Assembly (NCBI GenBank): GCA_934246625.1
Contig: CAKQHZ010000001.1
Coordinates: forward strand, 450,001 to 482,000
Source of the DNA: an uncultured Alphaproteobacteria bacterium
GTDB lineage: Bacteria > Pseudomonadota > Alphaproteobacteria > Rs-D84 > CACZYB01
Length of the DNA: 32,000 nucleotides
Direction of reading: 5' to 3'
Of this stretch, positions 16,925 to 25,904 are shown piece by piece; the first letter of the stretch is position 1; every line of letters begins with the position of its first letter. The notes under the pieces are model-generated. The model saw nothing but the letters and a program-made list of their open reading frames with translations, did no database searches and had not been told where the DNA came from. Position numbers and translations under genes: made by a program.

Positions 16925-17491
16925 ATGAAAATCATGAACAAAAAATTACTTTTATTATATATGTCTTTATATCCTTGTATAACAAATGCAAATGTATATA
17001 TGTGTTTGCGATGTCCTGTTGGAACTTATGGTGATGGAAAATCATCATATTGTTCACCTTGTCCAAAAATAGATGGAGCACATTATTTGGAAGATTCAAA
17101 GAATTGTGAATGGGAGTGTGATGAAGGTAAAGTTGTTGTTGCAAAATATGCGAATGGTGGAGGTTGTTGCACTGAACCAGCTAAACCAAAATGTCCTTCT
17201 GTTAAAGTTTATGTTTTCGGTAACTGTTCAGGTTCGGGTTCTCATGGAGGATCTTGTCAACTTCAATATTCAAAAACTTTGGAATGTGGAGAAAGTTTTC
17301 AAAATGATGGGAGTGCGACAAATACACCAAATGGACAATATGATTGTATAACGATGGCTTGTAGAAGCGGAGGTTTTGTTAAAAATATTAATGGAGAAAT
17401 GTGGTGTTATAAAGACTCCTATGATATGAAAAAAAATAAAAATGGACGTCATTATGATAGGTCAGGTGATGCTAAATGTCTAAAAGAGTAA
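16925..17491 (+). CDS. Secreted cysteine-rich protein, type 2 (solitary copy)
   Basis: 188 aa. GGGAGA RBS and a hydrophobic N-terminus. The module YMCLRCPVGTYGDGKSSYCSPCPK aligns with the N-termini of 9114-10190 and 29218-29871. The C-terminal YDRSGDAKCL matches YDRSGFFNCL in 29218-29871. Confidence 0.8.
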   Translation: MKIMNKKLLLLYMSLYPCITNANVYMCLRCPVGTYGDGKSSYCSPCPKIDGAHYLEDSKNCEWECDEGKVVVAKYANGGGCCTEPAKPKCPSVKVYVFGNCSGSGSHGGSCQLQYSKTLECGESFQNDGSATNTPNGQYDCITMACRSGGFVKNINGEMWCYKDSYDMKKNKNGRHYDRSGDAKCLKE

Positions 17492-17497
17492 AAAAAG

Positions 17498-17522
17498 TCC
17501 CTAGTTTTGGCTAGGGATTTTT
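17498..17522 (+). terminator. Intrinsic terminator
   Basis: Stem TCCCTAG/CTAGGGA, loop TTTTGG, then TTTTT. Confidence 0.75.
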
Positions 17523-17680
17523 AATTATCTTTTGTTTGAAAGATGGTGGTTTAATATTTCAATTTATTTTTAAATTAAGTAAATAATTATCCATCAAGAT
17601 TGCGTCTTTCTTTGCTTTTTTTAGTTGATAAATTTTTGCTAATATAGATGCTTTGATTTTATTGTGTTAATAGATTTTAT

Positions 17681-17711
17681 AAAAAAATTCCCCTTATAAA
17701 AACAAGGGGAA
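17681..17711 (-). terminator. Intrinsic terminator downstream of rubrerythrin
   Basis: Stem TTCCCCTT/AAGGGGAA. The A7 run on the plus strand supplies the T run for the minus transcript. Confidence 0.7.
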
Positions 17712-17730
17712 AATTTTGTAAGATTTTGTT

Positions 17731-18315
17731 TTATCTCCAGCTATCACGCTTTCTTGCAAAATATGCTTGAGGGTGATTGCATGCAGGACAAACTTCAGGA
17801 GCAGAATTTCCAATGTGAAGATATCCACAATTTAAGCATTCCCAAATGATTCTTTCGGATTTTTTGAAAATTGTATCTTCTTTTAATTCCTTTACCATAG
17901 AAAGGAATCTTTCTTCGTGGTGTTTTTCTGCTACACCAATTGCACCCATAATTTTTGCGATTTCTTCAAAACCTTCTTCACGAGCAATTTTTGCAAAGGT
18001 AGGATACATTTCTGTGTATTCTTCCTTTTCTCCATTTGCAGCAGCAACAAGGTTTTCGGCTGTATCACCAATTACACCAGCAGGGAAACTTGCATCAACA
18101 TTTATTGATGACATACCGCCTTCTAAAAGTTTAAAAAGACGTTTTGCATGTTCCTTTTCTTGGTCGGCTGTTTCCTCAAATAATTTTGAAATTTGAACGT
18201 AGCCTTCCTTTTTTGCAACAGAGGCAAAGAATGTATATCGGTTTCTTGCTTGGGATTCTCCAGCAAATGCTGTTAATATATTTTTTTCTGTTTGTGTCCC
18301 TTTTAAGCTAGGCAT
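17731..18315 (-). CDS. rbr: Rubrerythrin
   Basis: 194 aa. It has a diiron ferritin-like domain (EKNILTAFAGESQARNRY...EKEHAKR...E..H) and a C-terminal rubredoxin-like CLNCGY...CPACNHP. Confidence 0.93.
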   Translation of the reverse strand: MPSLKGTQTEKNILTAFAGESQARNRYTFFASVAKKEGYVQISKLFEETADQEKEHAKRLFKLLEGGMSSINVDASFPAGVIGDTAENLVAAANGEKEEYTEMYPTFAKIAREEGFEEIAKIMGAIGVAEKHHEERFLSMVKELKEDTIFKKSERIIWECLNCGYLHIGNSAPEVCPACNHPQAYFARKRDSWR

Positions 18316-18331
18316 TTTTTATATCCTTTCA

Positions 18332-18628
18332 TTATTTATGAGATTTCACTTTTTCCAATTCTTTGGTTATTTGTTTTTCTGTATCTGCGAATGCATTATT
18401 AAAAGCAGTATATGCGTCATCAGCTTCGGCTTTTGCAAAGAAATCAGCAAGTTTTAATTCCAATTTTACAGATGCTTGAACCTTTTTATGTGGGGCATCA
18501 GTAAATGTAATATTTGCAGATATTAAGTTTTGATTATACTTTTCGATTTTTTTTGAAATAGTTGATTTAACATGTTCTGTTAAAGATTCTCCTATATCAA
18601 AATTTTGTCCTATAACTTGAATAGTCAT
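18332..18628 (-). CDS. hpf: Ribosome hibernation promoting factor / RaiA family (short form)
   Basis: 98 aa. MTIQVIGQNFDIGESLTEHVKSTISKKIEKY... is typical of the sigma54-modulation/RaiA fold. GGAGG RBS. Confidence 0.9.
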   Translation of the reverse strand: MTIQVIGQNFDIGESLTEHVKSTISKKIEKYNQNLISANITFTDAPHKKVQASVKLELKLADFFAKAEADDAYTAFNNAFADTEKQITKELEKVKSHK

Positions 18629-18661
18629 TTGAAACCTCCTTGGTTAGTTGAACATACTTTA

Positions 18662-18690
18662 TATATAGCTTTTTTTTAGGAGTTTTTCAA
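18662..18690 (-). promoter_or_regulatory. Putative promoter of hpf-rbr
   Basis: On the minus strand: TTGAAA (18690-18685), 17-nt spacer, TATATA (18667-18662). Confidence 0.45.
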
Positions 18691-18702
18691 TATAAATAAT
18701 TT

Positions 18703-18731
18703 TTGATTTTTATCTATTTTTATGTTATTAT
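18703..18731 (+). promoter_or_regulatory. Putative promoter of the 18755-21415 gene pair
   Basis: TTGATT (18703-18708), 17-nt spacer, TATTAT (18726-18731), with an extended -10 TG. It overlaps the track's upstream ATG at 18722, which is therefore rejected. Confidence 0.45.
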
Positions 18732-18754
18732 TGAAAATAAAGGAAAGAATGGGA

Positions 18755-20077
18755 ATGAAAAAAATTTTATGTTTTTTGATGGTTTTTACTTTTGCCGTTG
18801 AGGGCTTTTCTGCTCCACGAAAGAAGGCTGGCTCTTCTAAACGTGTAGCAACAGCAGGTAAGATAAGGACTGCTTCTTCAACCACAATAACGGCCACAAA
18901 TTCAACAGAGGAAGATTCTTTTGAATCTTGTATGGATAATATTTGTAAATCAGAACTTTATGAAGATAAGGGTAGATGTAGATGTTCATCTCAACTTGGA
19001 AGAATTGAAAAGGTTCTTCGTGATATTGAAAAAATCCAAAACCAAGCAGATGAAGATAATAAGTTGATGGAAACTTTGATGAATGTTTCAAATACTGCAA
19101 ATGTAGATGATACTGTTGGAAGTGTTTATGATAATATTAACAGTATTGAAAAAAAGGCAAAAACTATTTCTGCAAGGGCTGTGGATAAAGATTTACTTGT
19201 GATGGAAGGATTGCCTTTGTATGAAGTAGGATTAAAGAAATGTAAGGGCTTTTTGGATACACTTTCATCAAAAGATAAGGATAAAAAGAAAGAAGAATAT
19301 ACAAAACTTATTGAAGGAGATTGTTCTGCTTATACAACTATTTTAAAAGAAAAGGCAGATAGTGCACAAAATCTTTTGGTGCAAGCACAAAAAAATCGCG
19401 AAAAGTTTGATGAACAGGAATATAAAAAGCGTAATCAACTTGATACTAATGCTTGTTATGTAGAATATGAAGCATGTGCAAAAACCGAATGTGGCACAAA
19501 CTTTAAGTATTGTAAGGATAGTGCAAAACAAGCGACCGTCCTTAAAAAGTGTCAAGCTGTGAATTATGGTAAATGTGAAGATAATAAAACAACGGTTATT
19601 GCCGATGTAAAAAAGTATATTGCAAAGGAGCTTGAAAAGGTAAGATTAGTTGATAATTGTAAGGCTGCAATGGGTCATCTTCAAAATGGAAAATGTTTGT
19701 TTAAGGTTATGTATATTGCAGATAAATGTTCAAGTGGTAGTGGTTGTGGATCTTCTCAAGTTGTATGGGCGACACCACGTCAAAAATTCAAATGTGATGA
19801 TACACGCGGTAGTTTTAAAGAGCTTATTGCTGGATGTTATGAAAGTTGTTATATTATTGGACCAAATGATGAAAAGATTTATAAGGGAACAAACCATAGT
19901 GATAATATGGGTGGTCAAATTGTTGGTGCAATATTTTCTTTGGGTATAAGTGTTGCACATACACTTCCTGGATGTGTAGAAAAAAAGAATATTGATACTT
20001 TCTATACTCCTGCGGCTCCTGATGGTTGGGGCGAAGATGGTTATCCAACGAATCCAGAATATAAGGGAATTTTATAA
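18755..20077 (+). CDS. Large secreted cysteine-rich protein of unknown function (paralogue A)
   Basis: Start is at MKKILCF (18755; 18749 is also possible) after AGGAAAG. Signal peptide ...AVEGFSA is followed by the basic tract PRKKAGSSKRVATAGK. The protein has many Cys and a coiled-coil-like central region. Confidence 0.8.
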   Translation: MKKILCFLMVFTFAVEGFSAPRKKAGSSKRVATAGKIRTASSTTITATNSTEEDSFESCMDNICKSELYEDKGRCRCSSQLGRIEKVLRDIEKIQNQADEDNKLMETLMNVSNTANVDDTVGSVYDNINSIEKKAKTISARAVDKDLLVMEGLPLYEVGLKKCKGFLDTLSSKDKDKKKEEYTKLIEGDCSAYTTILKEKADSAQNLLVQAQKNREKFDEQEYKKRNQLDTNACYVEYEACAKTECGTNFKYCKDSAKQATVLKKCQAVNYGKCEDNKTTVIADVKKYIAKELEKVRLVDNCKAAMGHLQNGKCLFKVMYIADKCSSGSGCGSSQVVWATPRQKFKCDDTRGSFKELIAGCYESCYIIGPNDEKIYKGTNHSDNMGGQIVGAIFSLGISVAHTLPGCVEKKNIDTFYTPAAPDGWGEDGYPTNPEYKGIL

Positions 20078-21415
20078 ATGAAAAAATTTTTAGTATTTGT
20101 TGTTTCTTTTGTGGTTGTATTAGGTAGTTTTTTTGATGTGGCTTTTTCTCAAAGAGCAAGGAGAAGACAAGCATCATCAAGAAAAACAAAACGTGCTGGG
20201 AATATTAAAAGGGCGGCAACTTCTGGTGGAAGTGGGGCAAAATCTTCTGGAAATACAAAAAAGGCAACTGGTTCAAAATCAAAAAGTAAAAGTTCCTCTT
20301 CTTCAAAAAGTGGGTCTTCCTCCTCCTCTTCATCATCATCATCTTCTTCTGATGAAGGGTTGTCAGCTGAACTTAAATGTCTTCAACAAAATCTTTCTTC
20401 TCTTTTAGGAGATAAATGTAAGTTTGTTGTGGATTCTGATATAACTTCTGCTTTGGAAGGAGAAGATTTATATTGTGTTTATAATTATAAGGATAGTGGT
20501 AAAACCTCAAGTGTTTATAATTATTATTTGAATGCTTATTATGGTGTTTCAGAAACATCTGTAAAGTCAGATACTTCCATCGTTAATGTGAAAAATAGTT
20601 CTAAAAATGCACTTAAGTATTATCAATATTTGATTGATGAAATTGCAAATGGAACATTAAAGGAAAGTAAAATTCTTGATAGTGTTACTGAAAAGGTTTT
20701 GGAAAATTCAAATGTTGCAAATGATGTGCAAGGTGTTATTGAAAAAAAAAGTGTTGAAACTGTGCCATTATCAATGAGTATTGTTTCTTCGGATTTGGAA
20801 AATTGCACAAAGGCGACGAAGGCAATTTTAAAAGAGTGTGGTGCGATTGGTAATCAAACAGTTAAAAAGAAAATTTCTGAAAGTTGCACCGCTTATAATG
20901 CAGTATTGTTAAAACTTGCTGGTAATAAAAAGACAGAAGCTCTTGGTTTCGAGGGTGAAATTATAAATGCATTGAAGGAACGTGCAAATGCAGACTTTTA
21001 TGATTATAAAGAGCTTGTTGAACAACAGGCTGAAAAGTTGAAACTTGATGAACAATATGCAGAAACACAAAAGAAAACAAAGCTTTTGACACTTAAGAAT
21101 AAGCGTGATGATACTGCAAGTAAATTGGTTGAATTGCGAAATAGGATAAAAGGACTTAATTCGGATGATTCTGCAAAGGAAACATTTGAAAGTCAGGCAA
21201 ATACTTATGCAAGCTCACTTTGTCTTTTGGATCAACAAATTTCAAGTTTGGATAGCACTTATAAACCATCTGATAATTTAGCAAAGTGTTCAGATGATGA
21301 TAAAAAAAATGATAGTGATAAAAAAGATGTAGATAAAAATAAAACATCAGAAAGCGGAAATACTTCTTCTGGTTCAAATGATACCGCTGGTAAAGCTAAT
21401 ATGGATGCAAAATAA
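20078..21415 (+). CDS. Large secreted Ser/Lys-rich coiled-coil protein of unknown function (paralogue B)
   Basis: 445 aa. The ATG directly abuts the upstream TAA. Signal peptide ...DVAFS is followed by the basic tract QRARRRQASSRKTKRAGNIKRAATSG. It shares blocks with the upstream gene (CSAYTTIL vs CTAYNAVL). Confidence 0.8.
   Translation: MKKFLVFVVSFVVVLGSFFDVAFSQRARRRQASSRKTKRAGNIKRAATSGGSGAKSSGNTKKATGSKSKSKSSSSSKSGSSSSSSSSSSSSDEGLSAELKCLQQNLSSLLGDKCKFVVDSDITSALEGEDLYCVYNYKDSGKTSSVYNYYLNAYYGVSETSVKSDTSIVNVKNSSKNALKYYQYLIDEIANGTLKESKILDSVTEKVLENSNVANDVQGVIEKKSVETVPLSMSIVSSDLENCTKATKAILKECGAIGNQTVKKKISESCTAYNAVLLKLAGNKKTEALGFEGEIINALKERANADFYDYKELVEQQAEKLKLDEQYAETQKKTKLLTLKNKRDDTASKLVELRNRIKGLNSDDSAKETFESQANTYASSLCLLDQQISSLDSTYKPSDNLAKCSDDDKKNDSDKKDVDKNKTSESGNTSSGSNDTAGKANMDAK
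20315..20350 (+). repeat. Run of 12 consecutive Ser codons (TCN)
   Basis: tct tcc tcc tcc tct tca tca tca tca tct tct tct, in frame within 20078-21415. Confidence 0.9.
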
Positions 21416-21445
21416 TTAAATAATGTAAAATCAAATATTAAAAAA

Positions 21446-21467
21446 GGAGCAAAGTAATTTTTGCTCC
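21446..21467. terminator. Bidirectional hairpin between convergent genes (secreted protein B and rpmJ)
   Basis: Stem GGAGCAA/TTGCTCC, flanked by an A run upstream and a T-rich tract downstream. Confidence 0.6.
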
Positions 21468-21496
21468 CTTTGAATTTTATTTAAATCAGCGAAGAT

Positions 21497-21619
21497 TTAT
21501 TGTTTTGCCTTGAATCTTGGATTCTTTTTATCAATAGCATAAACACGTTTTCCGCGACGAACTAATTGGATAGTGTTACTTCTTTTTTTTGCTGATTTTA
21601 ATGAACTTAAAACTTTCAT
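21497..21619 (-). CDS. rpmJ: 50S ribosomal protein L36 (non-zinc type)
   Basis: Not in the ORF track (40 aa). Hand translation gives [48 protein letters not shown] sits upstream. It resembles the Cys-less L36 of alphaproteobacteria. Confidence 0.9.
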   Translation of the reverse strand: MKVLSSLKSAKKRSNTIQLVRRGKRVYAIDKKNPRFKAKQ

Positions 21620-21734
21620 TTTTACCTCACATAATTTAATTGTTTATGTATCATATATAAAGAGTCGTAATTTGTCAAGTAAATTTATTATTTTAAAGGA
21701 AATTAGTCTTTTATATATTTAATTATAAATATTA

Positions 21735-21763
21735 TTGATTATCAAAAAAAAAATTTGTATTAT
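21735..21763 (+). promoter_or_regulatory. Putative promoter of rseP-bamA-skp
   Basis: TTGATT (21735-21740), 17-nt spacer, TATTAT (21758-21763), with an extended -10 TG. Confidence 0.45.
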
Positions 21764-21792
21764 TTCAAATTATATGAATTTAAGGAGTTATT

Positions 21793-22869
21793 ATGTTTAT
21801 GGGGATTGTTGCTTTTATTATATTGATTCCAATAGTGGTTTTCGTTCACGAGTTCGGACATTTTCTTTTCGCACGAATCAATGGCGTTAAGGTCGAGTCT
21901 TTTTCAATAGGTTTTGGTATGAAACTTTTTGGTTGGCGTGATTCTTTTGGCACAGAATGGAAGGTTTGTTTGGTTCCGCTGGGTGGATATGTGAAAATGT
22001 TGGGACAATCCGATACTCCTGAAACTTCTGAACAAAAGCAAGCAAATAGAAAAAAACTTTCAAAAAAGGAAAAGTCCGAAAGTTTTGAATTTAAAAAGCG
22101 TTATCAAAAGGCATCTATTGTTTTTGCAGGTCCGTTGTTTAATTTTATTTTGGGTATTTTGGTTTTCTTTTGTCTTTTCTTTTTTATTGGAATGGCAAAG
22201 TATTCACCCGTTATACATAGTGTTGTAAAGGAATCTCCTGCGGTGAAAGCTGGGCTTAAAAGTGGTGATAAATTGATTAGTCTTGGCAGTAATAAAATCG
22301 AAATTGCATCTGATGTGTCAAAATTTATGAAGGAGGCAACTGGTAAGCCTATGCCAATAGTTGTTGAACGAGATGGTAAAGTTTTAAAATTTTCTATTAC
22401 ACCAAAAAAAAGTGATGGAAAGTTTTTATTGGGAATTGTTTATGCTCCAAAATTTGAAAATTATACAAAGGTTGGATTTATTGATGCCGTTAAAAATTCA
22501 TATAATCAAACCTCAACTATTGTTGTGGAAACTGTGAAATCATTGGGTGAAATGATTATTGGAAAACGTTCATCAAAGGATTTGGGTGGTATGATTTCTA
22601 TTGCTCAGATTTCAGGTTCTGCTTTTGAAAATGGATTTTATTCATTTATGTATTTGATGGCATTTATTTCTATTAGTTTGGGGCTTTTTAATTTGTTCCC
22701 TATACCTGTGCTTGATGGAGGATATTTATTTATTTATATAATAGAAGGAATCATAAGACGAGATTTACCAGAAAAATTAAAAGAAATAATGTTTTTAATT
22801 GGTTTTTGGTTTATTATATTCCTTCTTTTGCTTTCTAATTATAACGATATTGTAAGGTTGCTAAAGTAA
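21793..22869 (+). CDS. rseP: RIP zinc metalloprotease RseP (site-2 protease)
   Basis: 358 aa. Contains HEFGHFLFAR (HExxH), a PDZ-like middle region, and the C-terminal FNLFPIPVLDGG motif. Confidence 0.93.
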   Translation: MFMGIVAFIILIPIVVFVHEFGHFLFARINGVKVESFSIGFGMKLFGWRDSFGTEWKVCLVPLGGYVKMLGQSDTPETSEQKQANRKKLSKKEKSESFEFKKRYQKASIVFAGPLFNFILGILVFFCLFFFIGMAKYSPVIHSVVKESPAVKAGLKSGDKLISLGSNKIEIASDVSKFMKEATGKPMPIVVERDGKVLKFSITPKKSDGKFLLGIVYAPKFENYTKVGFIDAVKNSYNQTSTIVVETVKSLGEMIIGKRSSKDLGGMISIAQISGSAFENGFYSFMYLMAFISISLGLFNLFPIPVLDGGYLFIYIIEGIIRRDLPEKLKEIMFLIGFWFIIFLLLLSNYNDIVRLLK

Positions 22870-25142
22870 TGAAGAAGTTTGTAAGTTTTGTTTTGGGATT
22901 TATGTGTGTCGGCCTTTCTTCTGTAAAGGCTGGTGTATTAAAGGATATTAAAGTTGTTGGTAATGAGAGAATTCATTCTGATATGATAAAAAATTTCTTA
23001 TCAATAAAAATTGGTGATGAAGTTAATGAAAAGGTTTTAAATAAAAACCTTAATATCCTTTATAGATCAGGGTTTTTTAATAATATTAAAATTGATGAAA
23101 ATGATGGTGTCCTTGTAATAAAGGTTTCTGAAAATCCTGTTATAAATAGTGTGGCATTAGAAGGTAATTCATCAGTAAAAGATGACGATTTGAAAAAAGG
23201 TTTGCAAACAAGAAGTAGGGCTATATTTTCTCCAGCAACAATAAAGCAAGATGTTGAAAATATAAAAACTATGTATAAAAGGTTGGGCTATTTTAAGGCT
23301 TCTGTTGATGCAAAGGTGATTAAAAAAAATGACAATAGATATGATGTTGTTTTTGAAATAAATGAAGGTGATAAAGCATTTATTAAAAAAATTGAAATAA
23401 ATGGAAATGAAAGTTTTTCTTCCTCTCAATTACAAGATGTGATTATGAGTAAGGAATATGCTTGGTGGAAATTTATGGAAATGTTTGATACCTATGATGA
23501 AGACAGAATTTTATATGATACCGAGCTTCTTCGAAATTATTATGTATCCCAAGGATTTTTGGATTTTGAAGTTGTTTCCTATACATCAAAAATGGATTTG
23601 AGTGAGAAAAATTTCTTTGTTAAATTTAATTTAAAAGAAGGTAAGCGTTATAAAGTTGGTAATGTTTCAATTAACTCCCAGATACCAGATTTGAATATTG
23701 AAAAATTGCAAAAGAAAATTATTCTTCCAACTGGGATTTGGTATGATGAAAATTTGGCAAAAAAATCTGTGTCTGCTTTGGCTTCACAAATGGGTGAAGA
23801 TGGATTTGCATTTGTGGATATTGAAATTATCAGAAAACCAAATAAGGAAACTGGGGTTGTCGATGTTATTTTTGATATTCAAAATTCGTCAAAGGCTTTT
23901 ATAAATAAAATTGAAATAAAAAATAATACACGAACCTATGAAAATGTGATAAGACGAAATCTTGCATTTGATGAACAAGATATTTTTAATTCCAATAAGT
24001 TAAAACAATCAGAACAAAATTTGATGGGACTTGGCTATTTTGATAATGTGAAATTTGTTCCAAAGCCAGTTGCTGGGACTCCTGATAAAGTTAATGTTGA
24101 TGTTAATGTTCAGGAAAAATCAACTGGTGAACTTTCTTTGGGTGCAGGTTGGTCAAGTATCAATAAGGGATTCTTTGAATTTGGCATAAAGGAAACTAAC
24201 TTTATGGGAAAGGGGCAAACTTTGGGCTTTACCTCTACATTTTCAGGAAGACAAAATAATTTTAGTTTATCATTTGTTGAACCTTATTTATTTGATAGGG
24301 ATTTGATGGGTGGTGTTGATGCTTACTATAATCAATATAAATACTCTTCTACTTATGGTTATGATATTAATGGTATTGGATTGGCTCTTAAACTTGGGTG
24401 GAGTTATACTGATAAACTTTATCACAGATTAAGATTTTCAGCAAAAAATGAAAAAATGACCAACATTGCCGACAATTTGCCAAATGATTTGCGTGTTGGT
24501 ATTGGTGAATATAATGTATTTAAGGTTGGTCAAACTTTGACCTTTAAGGACCAATTTGTTGATTATGTAAATGATACCAAAAATGGTTATGTAATTTCAT
24601 TGTCAAATGAGTATGCTGGTTTTGGTGGCGATAAGTATTTCATTAAAAATGATTTGTCATTTAAGCAATCATTTTCTTTTTGGGATAATGAGTGGATGTT
24701 CGGTATTTTGGTTGATGCTGGAAAAATACATTCTTTGAACGAAAAGGTTTTAAGTCGAAGCGATAGATATCTTTTGGGTGGTGATAGTTTGAGAGGTTTT
24801 GAGTATGGTGGTATTGGTGCAAGAAATAAATTAAATCCAACCTATGCTTATGGTGGTGATTGGGTTGTAAATGGAACTTTCCAACTTAACTTCCCTATTG
24901 GTATTCCAAAGAAATATAAAATTTCAGGATATGTTTTCTATGATTGGGGAAAACTTGGAAGCCCAGATTTGAAAAATGACGAATATATTATGTATAGTGG
25001 AAAGATAAGAACTTCTGCTGGATATGGAATTTTATGGAATTCTCCAATCGGAGCAATCAATCTTTCTTGGTCTAAAGCCTTAGAATATGAAGATTATGAT
25101 GAACTTCAAAGATTTAGATTTTCTATTGGAAGTTCGTTTTAA
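22869..25142 (+). CDS. bamA: Outer membrane protein assembly factor BamA
   Basis: 757 aa with a signal peptide. POTRA-like repeats (IKVVGNERI..., INSVALEGN..., IKKIEINGN...) precede a C-terminal barrel that ends in F. The start overlaps the rseP stop (TAATG). Confidence 0.95.
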   Translation: MKKFVSFVLGFMCVGLSSVKAGVLKDIKVVGNERIHSDMIKNFLSIKIGDEVNEKVLNKNLNILYRSGFFNNIKIDENDGVLVIKVSENPVINSVALEGNSSVKDDDLKKGLQTRSRAIFSPATIKQDVENIKTMYKRLGYFKASVDAKVIKKNDNRYDVVFEINEGDKAFIKKIEINGNESFSSSQLQDVIMSKEYAWWKFMEMFDTYDEDRILYDTELLRNYYVSQGFLDFEVVSYTSKMDLSEKNFFVKFNLKEGKRYKVGNVSINSQIPDLNIEKLQKKIILPTGIWYDENLAKKSVSALASQMGEDGFAFVDIEIIRKPNKETGVVDVIFDIQNSSKAFINKIEIKNNTRTYENVIRRNLAFDEQDIFNSNKLKQSEQNLMGLGYFDNVKFVPKPVAGTPDKVNVDVNVQEKSTGELSLGAGWSSINKGFFEFGIKETNFMGKGQTLGFTSTFSGRQNNFSLSFVEPYLFDRDLMGGVDAYYNQYKYSSTYGYDINGIGLALKLGWSYTDKLYHRLRFSAKNEKMTNIADNLPNDLRVGIGEYNVFKVGQTLTFKDQFVDYVNDTKNGYVISLSNEYAGFGGDKYFIKNDLSFKQSFSFWDNEWMFGILVDAGKIHSLNEKVLSRSDRYLLGGDSLRGFEYGGIGARNKLNPTYAYGGDWVVNGTFQLNFPIGIPKKYKISGYVFYDWGKLGSPDLKNDEYIMYSGKIRTSAGYGILWNSPIGAINLSWSKALEYEDYDELQRFRFSIGSSF

Positions 25143-25206
25143 TACCTATTGCAACTTTGTTTGAATGCTTTATAATATAAATATATTTAGAAATAAGGAG
25201 ATAAAA

Positions 25207-25833
25207 ATGAAAAAAAATATAATTGTAAATTTGGTTTTGGGTTTTGGTCTTTTGTTTGCAAGCGAATCTTTTGCTTCTGGATTTGGTGTTGTTGATATGA
25301 ATAAAATTACTATGCAATCAAAGGTTATGAAATCTCTTAATGGTCAAAAAGATGAAAAGTTAAAATCTATACAAACTGTGGTTGATGCAAAGCGTAAGGA
25401 TTTTGAAAAACGTGAAGCAGATTTAAAATCAAAGGCAAAGGATTTTGAAAAACGTGAAGCTGCTTTGAAAACAAAGGCTTCTATGCTTAGCGATGATGCA
25501 AAAAAGGAATTTATGGGTGAAGTTGCCACTTTCCAAAAAGATGTGGCTGAATATGAAAAACTTTATAACCAATTCCAACGTGATGTTGTTGAGTATGATA
25601 AATCTACTGCTTTGAAAGTGAATGCTGTGGAAAAAGCATATATGGACGCAGTTTTGAAAGTTCAAAAAGACTATCTTGATGGTATTATTAAAAAAATTGG
25701 TAAAAATAAAGGATTAGATTTAGTGTTTAATTCTCAAGCTGCTATTGTTGTTAATAATGATATGGATATTACAGATGTTGTTATTGACGAGCTTAACAAT
25801 CAAGTTGTGGAAATAGAACTTAAAACAAAATAA
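25207..25833 (+). CDS. skp: Periplasmic chaperone Skp (OmpH family)
   Basis: Start at MKKNIIV after AAGGAG. It has a signal peptide, coiled-coil K/E-rich composition, and sits after bamA. Confidence 0.88.
   Translation: MKKNIIVNLVLGFGLLFASESFASGFGVVDMNKITMQSKVMKSLNGQKDEKLKSIQTVVDAKRKDFEKREADLKSKAKDFEKREAALKTKASMLSDDAKKEFMGEVATFQKDVAEYEKLYNQFQRDVVEYDKSTALKVNAVEKAYMDAVLKVQKDYLDGIIKKIGKNKGLDLVFNSQAAIVVNNDMDITDVVIDELNNQVVEIELKTK
25396..25479 (+). repeat. In-frame 42-nt tandem duplication inside skp
   Basis: Units 25396-25437 and 25438-25479 differ at 5 of 42 positions. They encode KDFEKREADLKSKA / KDFEKREAALKTKA. Confidence 0.85.
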
Positions 25834-25846
25834 TTGTATTAAATAC

Positions 25847-25875
25847 TTGAGTCCCCTTTGAAAATTTGTTATAAT
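25847..25875 (+). promoter_or_regulatory. Putative promoter of the lipoprotein gene, embedded in the skp terminator-like hairpin
   Basis: TTGAGT (25847-25852), 17-nt spacer, TATAAT (25870-25875), with an extended -10 TG. The flanking arms TCCCCTTT (25852-25859) and AAAGGGGA (25891-25898) can pair, and T6 follows. Confidence 0.4.
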
Positions 25876-25904
25876 TTTGTTATGAATTTAAAAGGGGATT
25901 TTTT

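Noticed and set aside
25165-25206. Upstream alternative starts offered by the ORF track: skp at 25165, lpxD at 26729, yraN at 7883, tsaB at 31015, grpE at 7294, and 18722 for the secreted protein.
   Set aside because: In each case a downstream ATG has a proper Shine-Dalgarno at 5-10 nt and gives a canonical N-terminus (signal peptide or conserved family start). The upstream starts are TTG codons, or they overlap the preceding gene, a terminator or a promoter.
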